23,824 nucleotides of DNA from Candidatus Methanomethylophilaceae archaeon (lineage in GTDB: Archaea; Thermoplasmatota; Thermoplasmata; Methanomassiliicoccales; Methanomethylophilaceae): assembly GCA_050944155.1 (NCBI GenBank), contig JBMNQN010000015.1:1-23824 (forward strand), written 5' to 3'. The notes below the pieces were generated by a model. It made no database searches and was not told where the DNA came from. It worked only from the letters and a program-made list of their open reading frames with translations. Positions 17,565-23,824 of this stretch are shown here, piece after piece (within the stretch, counting starts at the first letter, position 1; every line of letters starts with the position of its first letter). Position numbers and translations under genes: made by a program.

Positions 17565-19010
17565 TTACGCGAGAAGTTTCGACCAGCACCTTTCGTTGGC
17601 ACGGTTCATGGCGGTAACCGCGTTCATCGTTTTCTCTATCGACTCTCTGGCATCCTTAATTTGTACCGAAACCTGAACCGGAGACGTTCCTCCGAGGGAG
17701 TTTCTGCGTTTCACGCACTGTTCCACCGAAAGCACATTGTAAACGTCTTCTTCGATTGCGTTGGAAAACTTTTTCAGCTCTTCGATTTTCAGTTCTTCGA
17801 GATTCTTTCCGGAGGAGATGCAGTAGCGGACGGCCGCACCTACGATTCCGTGGGCCTCCCTGAAAGGTATCCCTTTGACCGCAAGATAATCCGCAAGGTC
17901 GGTTGCGTTGATGTATCCCCCCGAAAGGACTCCGCGCATTCTCTCTTTGTTGACTTTCATCGTGGAAATCATGCTGTACATCATGTCGAGACAGTCGGCA
18001 ACGGACTGCAGGGAGGAGATAACGGGACCTTTGTCTTCCTGCAGATCTCTGTTGTAGGTCAGCGGAAGTCCTTTCAGCATAGTCATAATCGAAACAAGAT
18101 ATCCGATCGAATTTCCCGTGCGCCCCCTAATCAATTCGGCAATGTCCGGATTCTTTTTCTGGGGCATTATGGACGAACCGGTGGAATAGCGGTCGTCCAT
18201 TTCCACGAATCCGAATTCCTGGGACGACCAAAGTACCAGCTCCTCGGAAAGAGAGGAAAGGTGGTCGGCAATCATCGCCGAGCAGAATGCCAGTTCGGCG
18301 GCGAAATCCCTTCCGCTCACCGAATCCATGGAGTTGTCCGTGGGTTTTCTGAAACCCAAAGCGTCGGACGTCATTTTTCTGTCTATGGGATACGTGGTTC
18401 CGGCGAGAGCCGCTGATCCGAGAGGACACTCGTTCATTCTTTCGTAACAGTCCAGCAGTCTTTCCGAATCCCGTCCGAACTTCCAGACATATGCCATCAG
18501 ATGATGTGCCAGCGTAACCGGCTGGGCGTGCTGCATGTGGGTAAATCCGGGCATTACGGTTTCCGTGTTGCGTTCGGCAACGTCGGTCAGACCGGAGCGG
18601 AGTTTTTCGATTTTTTCCACGATTTCCAGAACGGCGTCCCTGAGGAACATTCTGAAATCCGTGGCAACCTGATCGTTCCTGCTTCTTCCGGTGTGGAGTT
18701 TTCCCCCGGCGGGACCTATCAGTTCGGTGAGTCTGAATTCGACGCAGGTGTGAATGTCTTCCAGGGAATCGTCTATTTCGAACGTTCCCTTATCCATCTC
18801 TTCGGCGATTTTTTTGAGTCCTCCGATTATGGAATCGGCGTCTTCCTCCGGAATCACGGCGCATTTTTTCAGCATTTTAACATGTGCCAGAGACCCCATC
18901 ACGTCGTAGAATCCCAGAGCCGCGTCTGTATCGAGAGAGGACGTGAACGAAAGCGTGGACTCGTCCGCCTCGCCTTCGAACCGTCCCGACCAAAGAGCCT
19001 GCTGCGCCAT
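17565..19010 (-). CDS. argH: Argininosuccinate lyase
   Basis: LWSGRF, EDIH, HTGRSRNDQVATD, PGFTHMQHAQP, GSSIMPQKKNPD and YNRDLQEDK. Confidence 0.97.
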   Translation of the reverse strand: MAQQALWSGRFEGEADESTLSFTSSLDTDAALGFYDVMGSLAHVKMLKKCAVIPEEDADSIIGGLKKIAEEMDKGTFEIDDSLEDIHTCVEFRLTELIGPAGGKLHTGRSRNDQVATDFRMFLRDAVLEIVEKIEKLRSGLTDVAERNTETVMPGFTHMQHAQPVTLAHHLMAYVWKFGRDSERLLDCYERMNECPLGSAALAGTTYPIDRKMTSDALGFRKPTDNSMDSVSGRDFAAELAFCSAMIADHLSSLSEELVLWSSQEFGFVEMDDRYSTGSSIMPQKKNPDIAELIRGRTGNSIGYLVSIMTMLKGLPLTYNRDLQEDKGPVISSLQSVADCLDMMYSMISTMKVNKERMRGVLSGGYINATDLADYLAVKGIPFREAHGIVGAAVRYCISSGKNLEELKIEELKKFSNAIEEDVYNVLSVEQCVKRRNSLGGTSPVQVSVQIKDARESIEKTMNAVTAMNRANERCWSKLLA

Positions 19011-19014
19011 TTTC

Positions 19015-20253
19015 TCACTTTTTGTTCTGTCTCTGCACTTCGGCGTAGGTTCTTCCCGGCAGGCCCCAGCAGTAGATGAATCCCAGAGCCGCGTTGTGGT
19101 CGAAAGTGTCTCCCTCCGCGTACGTGGAAAGTCCTATGTTGTACAACGATCTGTCGGATTTCCTGCCCACCGCAGTGCATTTGCCTTTGAACAGTTTCAT
19201 GCGCACGGTTCCGGTAACGTCCTCCTGGGTTCTGTCCACGAAGGCGGAAACCGCCTCTCTGAGGGGGCTGAACCAAAGTCCGTCGTAAATCAGCTGGCAC
19301 ATCTTCTGTTCCAGTATGCGTTTGAATTCGACGGTGTCCCTGGTGAGGGTGAGATGTTCCAAAGCTCTGTGCGCTTCGATGAGAGTGACGGCTGCGGGAC
19401 ATTCGTAAGTTTCCCTGCTCTTGATTCCCACGAGGCGGTCTTCCACATGATCGATGCGTCCGACTCCGTGTTTACCCGCGATTTCGCCCAGTTTTTCAAC
19501 GAGTTCGGTGCCCTTCATCTTCTTTCCGTTGAGAGCGACGGGAACTCCTTTGACGAACTCGATTTCTATGTACTCGGGAACGTCGGGCGCTTTTTCGGGA
19601 TCGGTGGTGTTTACCCACACGCCTGCGGGAGGCTCGGCCCACGGGTCTTCGAGAGCGCCGCATTCGCAGGAAGATCCCCAGAGATTTTCGTCTCTGGAAT
19701 AGGGACTTTCCTTTTTCACGATGATCTCGATTCCGTTTTCCTTGGCGTACTCTATTTCTTCTTCCCTGGTGACGGGGCATTCCCTCATGGGAGCTATGAT
19801 TTTAAGGTCCGGATTCAGAGAAACGATTCCCACGTCGAATCTTACCTGGTCGTTTCCTTTTCCGGTGCACCCGTGCGCTATGTATTTCGCGCCTTCTCTG
19901 TTTGCGACCTCCACCAGTTTCTTGACCATAAGGGGTCTCGCCACCGCGGTGCTGAGAGGATACACGCCCTGGTACATTGCGTTGGACTTCAGCGCGGCCC
20001 AGGCATATTCTTCTATGAATTCGTCTTTTGCATCGACGAGTTCCGCCTTTATCGCTCCGTTTCTCAGAGCGCGGGCGATGATGTCGTCGCTTCCCGGAGG
20101 CTGTCCGATGTCGATTGATACGGCGATAACGTCCAAATCGTATTTTTCCTGAATCCAGCGTATGGCCACGGAAGTGTCCAGTCCGCCGGAGTAAGCGAGA
20201 ACAACTTTGTCCCGCTTTCCTTTGGTTCCACCAACATCGTTTTTAGGTGCCAT
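19015..20253 (-). CDS. argG: Argininosuccinate synthase
   Basis: VVLAYSGGLDTS, HGCTGKGNDQVRF, YSRDENLWG and EDRLVGIKSRETYE. Confidence 0.97.
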   Translation of the reverse strand: MAPKNDVGGTKGKRDKVVLAYSGGLDTSVAIRWIQEKYDLDVIAVSIDIGQPPGSDDIIARALRNGAIKAELVDAKDEFIEEYAWAALKSNAMYQGVYPLSTAVARPLMVKKLVEVANREGAKYIAHGCTGKGNDQVRFDVGIVSLNPDLKIIAPMRECPVTREEEIEYAKENGIEIIVKKESPYSRDENLWGSSCECGALEDPWAEPPAGVWVNTTDPEKAPDVPEYIEIEFVKGVPVALNGKKMKGTELVEKLGEIAGKHGVGRIDHVEDRLVGIKSRETYECPAAVTLIEAHRALEHLTLTRDTVEFKRILEQKMCQLIYDGLWFSPLREAVSAFVDRTQEDVTGTVRMKLFKGKCTAVGRKSDRSLYNIGLSTYAEGDTFDHNAALGFIYCWGLPGRTYAEVQRQNKK

Positions 20254-20289
20254 GCTCCGCTCGATGGCTGTTTTTATTTATATTACTGT

Positions 20290-20440
20290 GGTCGCCGCGA
20301 CGCAAAGAAGACTTTGTTGCAACAGCGTTACCGGGTCCGCCGGACATCCCTGGACAGAAGAGTAAGAAAACGGGCCCGTCTTCTCTGGGTATGCGTTTCA
20401 ACGGAGCCAATCTGTTACTTTGTCTACGTGCTCCGGCACT
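20290..20440. ncRNA. Candidate structured RNA element in the argG/argC divergent intergenic region
   Basis: GC-rich core with several inverted repeats, flanked by AT-rich blocks (20271-20285 and 20441-20490). I recognised no known RNA family. Confidence 0.3.
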
Positions 20441-20517
20441 TATGTCTGAAATCAAACAATATCTTTTTTAACAGTATCATTATGCAATAGTCATCGCGTT
20501 CGCGTTCGAGGTTATAC

Positions 20518-21522
20518 ATGAAGAAGATAGGTATCATAGGAGGCACGGGGTACACGGGAGGAGAGCTCGCACGTATACTCTGCACCCATCCGGATGTGGA
20601 ATTGGTATCCATGACTTCCCGCCGGAGCGCCGGAAGCAAAGTCAGCGACCTCAATCCCGGTCTGAAAGGCTACGTGGATCTGGAATTCACCGAAAAGGTT
20701 TCCGACGATGCCGATCTGGTTTTTGTCGCAGCCCCCCACGGAGCTTCCATGAAAATCGTCCCCGAACTGATGGACACCGGTGTAAAAATCGTGGACCTTT
20801 CCGGAGACTACAGGTTCAAAGACGTTTCCGTTTACGAAAAATGGTACGGTTTTGAACACACGGACAAAGACAACATTCCTGAGGCGGTCTACGGACTTCC
20901 CGAATTCTACAGGGACGAAATAAAGAAGGCAAAACTCGTGGCAAATCCCGGTTGTTACGCAACATCTGCAATCCTCGCGATAGCTCCGATTATCGGTCTC
21001 ACCGACGGAAACGTGTTCGTGGACGGAAAAAGCGGAACTTCCGGAGCGGGAATGACTCCGAATCAGCGTCTCCATCATCCCACGTGCGGCGAATCCGTGA
21101 TACCGTACAGTGCGGGAGCCCACCGCCATTCTCCCGAAATCCAGGAAATCGTGAACGATGTTTCCGGAAAGAATCCGGGAATAATGTTCGTTCCCCATCT
21201 GGTGCCCATAGTCCGCGGAATAATCTCGTCCTGCTACTTCCGTCTGAACGACGGAGTTACGCAGGAAGACGCAGATAAGGCATATTCGGAAGCTTACGGA
21301 AAGGAGTTTTTCGTGCGTTACGTTAAAAATCCGTCGATACGCGCCGTCGTTGGATCCAATCACGCGGAAGTTTCCTGCGTATGCAAAGACGGAAACGCCG
21401 TATCCTTCGGCGTTTTGGACAACTTAATGAAAGGAGCGTCCGGGCAGGCGGTTCAGTGCATGAATCTGATGCTCGGATTCAAAGAAACCGACGGGCTTAA
21501 AATACCCGGACTCGGAGTGTGA
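20518..21522 (+). CDS. argC: N-acetyl-gamma-glutamyl-phosphate reductase
   Basis: IIGGTGYTGGEL, DLSGDYR, VANPGCY, SGTSGAG, HRHSPEI and DNLMKGASGQAVQ. Confidence 0.96.
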   Translation: MKKIGIIGGTGYTGGELARILCTHPDVELVSMTSRRSAGSKVSDLNPGLKGYVDLEFTEKVSDDADLVFVAAPHGASMKIVPELMDTGVKIVDLSGDYRFKDVSVYEKWYGFEHTDKDNIPEAVYGLPEFYRDEIKKAKLVANPGCYATSAILAIAPIIGLTDGNVFVDGKSGTSGAGMTPNQRLHHPTCGESVIPYSAGAHRHSPEIQEIVNDVSGKNPGIMFVPHLVPIVRGIISSCYFRLNDGVTQEDADKAYSEAYGKEFFVRYVKNPSIRAVVGSNHAEVSCVCKDGNAVSFGVLDNLMKGASGQAVQCMNLMLGFKETDGLKIPGLGV

Positions 21523-21526
21523 AGAA

Positions 21527-22750
21527 ATGAACATAATCGAAGGTGGAATTACTACGCCGGTGGGATTCAAAGCCGCAGGCGTGCACAGCGGAGTCAAATA
21601 CCGCTCTCTGGATTTGGGACTGGTTTATTCCGAATCCCCCGCGAATGCTTTTGTCGGTTATACGAGCAACAAAGTCAAAGCCGCGCCGGTCCAGGTGATG
21701 ATGAAGCAGAATTCTCCGATTCTTTCCGCAGTCGTCGTGAACAGCGGAAATGCAAACGCGCTGACCGGCCGCCGGGGAATCGAAGACGCAATAAGCATGC
21801 AGACCGCCGCCGCAAACGAACTGGGAATCAAACCCGAAGAGGTCGGCGTCATGTCCACGGGTCTCATAGGCCGTTTCATGGACATGCACAAAGTCCGCTA
21901 CGGAATAAGCCGCGCGGCGAAAGAACTCTCGGACGGAAGGGAAGCCGACGCGAAACTCGCCGAGGCGATAATGACCACCGACACGATGAAAAAAGAGTTC
22001 GCCGCCAGCGTCCGCCTCGAAGACGGAACGTTGGTTTACATATCCGTCGTGTCCAAGGGAAGCGGAATGATTGCTCCCCACATGCGGGTTATGCAGGGAA
22101 CGACCCTTTCCATAGTCACAACGGACGCCAAACTTTCGCCGGCGTTCGCTCCCGTTTGGCAGGAGATTCTGGACGATACCATGAACATGGTGTCCGTGGA
22201 CGGAGACCAGTCCACCAACGACACCTGCATGCTTCTTGCCAACGGCATGTCGAAAAGCGGCGTAGCCGACAACGATCCCGAATTCATCGACGCCCTGCGC
22301 ATTCTCATGACAAAGACCGCGAAAGCAATCGCCACCGACGGCGAGGGCGCGACCAAGATGATAGAAGTGGACGTTTCCGGAGCCAAGAGCAAGGAGGATG
22401 CCCGTAAGGTTGCGAAAACCATAATCAACTCCCCGCTGGTGAAATCGGCCATATTCGGTTCCGACCCCAACTACGGAAGGATAATGATGGCCATCGGAAA
22501 CAGCGGATGCGATTTCAATCTCGAAGAGATGCGTCTGACCATCAAAGGCGGCGATATGGAAGTCCCGATTCTCGACGGAGGTTCTCCCGTTTTCCAGGAG
22601 GAACGTTCCGTCGAAGTCGTGCGCATGGCAATGGACAACAGGGAAGTCACCATCATAGTGGACCTGGCGGTGGGCGAAGAATCCGCCGTAGGGTGGGGAT
22701 GCGATCTCACTTACGATTACGTCCGCATCAACGCGGAATATGCCACCTGA
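21527..22750 (+). CDS. argJ: Ornithine acetyltransferase / N-acetylglutamate synthase ArgJ
   Basis: NSGNANA, STGLIG, IMTTDT, KGSGMI-x-P, VDGDQSTND, DGEGATK, SPLVK and GCDLTYDYVRINAEY. Confidence 0.95.
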   Translation: MNIIEGGITTPVGFKAAGVHSGVKYRSLDLGLVYSESPANAFVGYTSNKVKAAPVQVMMKQNSPILSAVVVNSGNANALTGRRGIEDAISMQTAAANELGIKPEEVGVMSTGLIGRFMDMHKVRYGISRAAKELSDGREADAKLAEAIMTTDTMKKEFAASVRLEDGTLVYISVVSKGSGMIAPHMRVMQGTTLSIVTTDAKLSPAFAPVWQEILDDTMNMVSVDGDQSTNDTCMLLANGMSKSGVADNDPEFIDALRILMTKTAKAIATDGEGATKMIEVDVSGAKSKEDARKVAKTIINSPLVKSAIFGSDPNYGRIMMAIGNSGCDFNLEEMRLTIKGGDMEVPILDGGSPVFQEERSVEVVRMAMDNREVTIIVDLAVGEESAVGWGCDLTYDYVRINAEYAT

Positions 22751-22758
22751 GGGAATAC

Positions 22759-23565
22759 ATGCTGTATCTGATTAAATTCGGGGGCAGTGCCATAAGCGAC
22801 GGCAGAGACCTGTCCCGCATATGTTCGGAGATATCCGAGATGAAAAAGAGCGGGGCATCCGTCATCGCGGTGCACGGAGGCGGACCTGAAATTTCCAGGG
22901 AAACCGAACGTCTGGGTCTTAAACCCGAGAAGATTAACGGAGTGCGTGTCACCGATGCGGACGTTCTCGAAGTCGCTTCCGGCGTCCTGAAGAAAATCAA
23001 CGGCAGGGTATGCGGATACATGGAAGAAGCCGGAGTCCGCCCGGAGGGCATGGGAGCTTTTGAATGCACCCTGTGCAGGAATATGGGTCCCGTAACATAC
23101 ACCGAAGACGGGATGAAAAAGACGGCGGATTACGGATTGGTGGGCGAAGTGGTATCGGTGAAAACCGAAAAGCTGTCGGAAATACTGGATTCCGGAAAGG
23201 TTCCGGTAATCTACCCGATAGGTTCGGACGGAAAAACGAAACTCAACGTCAATGCGGATACGATGGCGGCAGGAATCGCCGCGGGAATGAAGTGCGACGA
23301 GATGATCGCCGTAACGGACGTTCCGGGGGTTCTCCGTGACGTGAAAGACCCTTCTTCCAAATTCGACACGTTGACCAAAAAAGAAATACTGGCACTCATA
23401 GAAGACGGAACCATTTCGGGAGGAATGATTCCCAAAGTCGAAGCCTGCATAAAGGCTGTGGAAGCCGGCGCCAAGGCGGTCCGCATGGTGAACGGCAAAG
23501 ATCCCGACAACATCTTTTCGGACGTTGCCGGAGGAAAAGTAAAAGGAACTTTAATTACGGGGTAA
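22759..23565 (+). CDS. argB: Acetylglutamate kinase
   Basis: Start moved to ATG 22759. IKFGGSA, VHGGGPEI, GVRVT, LNVNAD, TDVPGV and GGMIPKV. Confidence 0.94.
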   Translation: MLYLIKFGGSAISDGRDLSRICSEISEMKKSGASVIAVHGGGPEISRETERLGLKPEKINGVRVTDADVLEVASGVLKKINGRVCGYMEEAGVRPEGMGAFECTLCRNMGPVTYTEDGMKKTADYGLVGEVVSVKTEKLSEILDSGKVPVIYPIGSDGKTKLNVNADTMAAGIAAGMKCDEMIAVTDVPGVLRDVKDPSSKFDTLTKKEILALIEDGTISGGMIPKVEACIKAVEAGAKAVRMVNGKDPDNIFSDVAGGKVKGTLITG

Positions 23566-23570
23566 TCTCG

Positions 23571-23824
23571 ATGGATTTCGACGAAATCAAGGAAATAAGC
23601 GGAAAATATCTCTTTCAGAATTACGGACGCGCCGATCTGGCATTCACTCACGGAGAGGGGATGTACCTTTACGGCACCGACGGAAAAAAGTATCTCGATC
23701 TTGTGGCGGGCATAGCGGTAAACGCTCTCGGCTACGCCAACCCGGAATGGGTTAAGGCAGTGCAGGAACAGGTTTCCCGCATGACCCATGTTTCGAATCT
23801 CTACCATGTGAAAGAACAGGCGGA
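23571..23824 (+). CDS. argD: Acetylornithine aminotransferase; 3' end runs off the window
   Basis: Translated by hand: MDFDEIKEISGKYLFQNYGRADLAFTHGEGMYLYGTDGKKYLDLVAGIAVNALGYANP...HVSNLY. Class III aminotransferase N-terminus, directly after argB. Confidence 0.9.
   Translation, partial: MDFDEIKEISGKYLFQNYGRADLAFTHGEGMYLYGTDGKKYLDLVAGIAVNALGYANPEWVKAVQEQVSRMTHVSNLYHVKEQA

Noticed and set aside
20243-20471. Short ORFs in the arg intergenic region as arginine leader peptides (e.g. minus-strand MSGG...LRRG, plus-strand MRFNG...)
   Set aside because: At most two adjacent Arg codons and no properly spaced SD; far weaker than the Leu leader.
2228-21363. Long antisense or alternate-frame ORFs (e.g. 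2228-3664, 3771-5177, 8925-10601, 9358-10494, 18943-20118, 20512-21363)
   Set aside because: They are shadows of well-supported genes and carry no recognisable motifs.
1-23824. CRISPR arrays, IS elements, integrases, tRNA (including tRNA-Pyl) and rRNA
   Set aside because: No repeat-spacer periodicity, transposase or integrase motifs, or cloverleaf patterns seen by eye; the window is almost fully tiled by housekeeping genes.

Overview
Archaeal core-genome window. Markers are EgsA, archaeosine TGT, archaeal-type ThrRS, Pth2, a Pcc1-like protein, TATA promoters and GGTG/GAGG Shine-Dalgarno (SD) sites. The lineage is probably Methanomassiliicoccales-like (inference). Contents in order: partial egsA; an iron-sulfur flavoprotein and desulfoferrodoxin; a surface repeat protein; a leuA-leuC-leuD-leuB-pcc1 operon; tgtA; pth2; a thrS-thiE-thiM-tenI-like cluster; a membrane-anchored FKBP; thiD; and divergent argGH / argCJBD clusters. 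I saw no mobile elements, CRISPR arrays, rRNA or tRNA. Three signals stand out. (1) An unannotated 14-codon leader ORF (MNFKQHAGLLLLNE, four tandem Leu codons) lies just upstream of leuA, followed by mutually exclusive hairpins, one of which holds the leuA SD and start codon. This looks like a leucine-sensing, ribosome-mediated attenuator in an archaeon. (2) The surface protein is one 537-codon frame interrupted by a single in-frame TAG inside a repeat unit, while none of the 24 complete genes ends in TAG. This is consistent with pyrrolysine readthrough in a non-methyltransferase protein. (3) A GC-rich structured element of about 150 nt sits between the divergent arg clusters.
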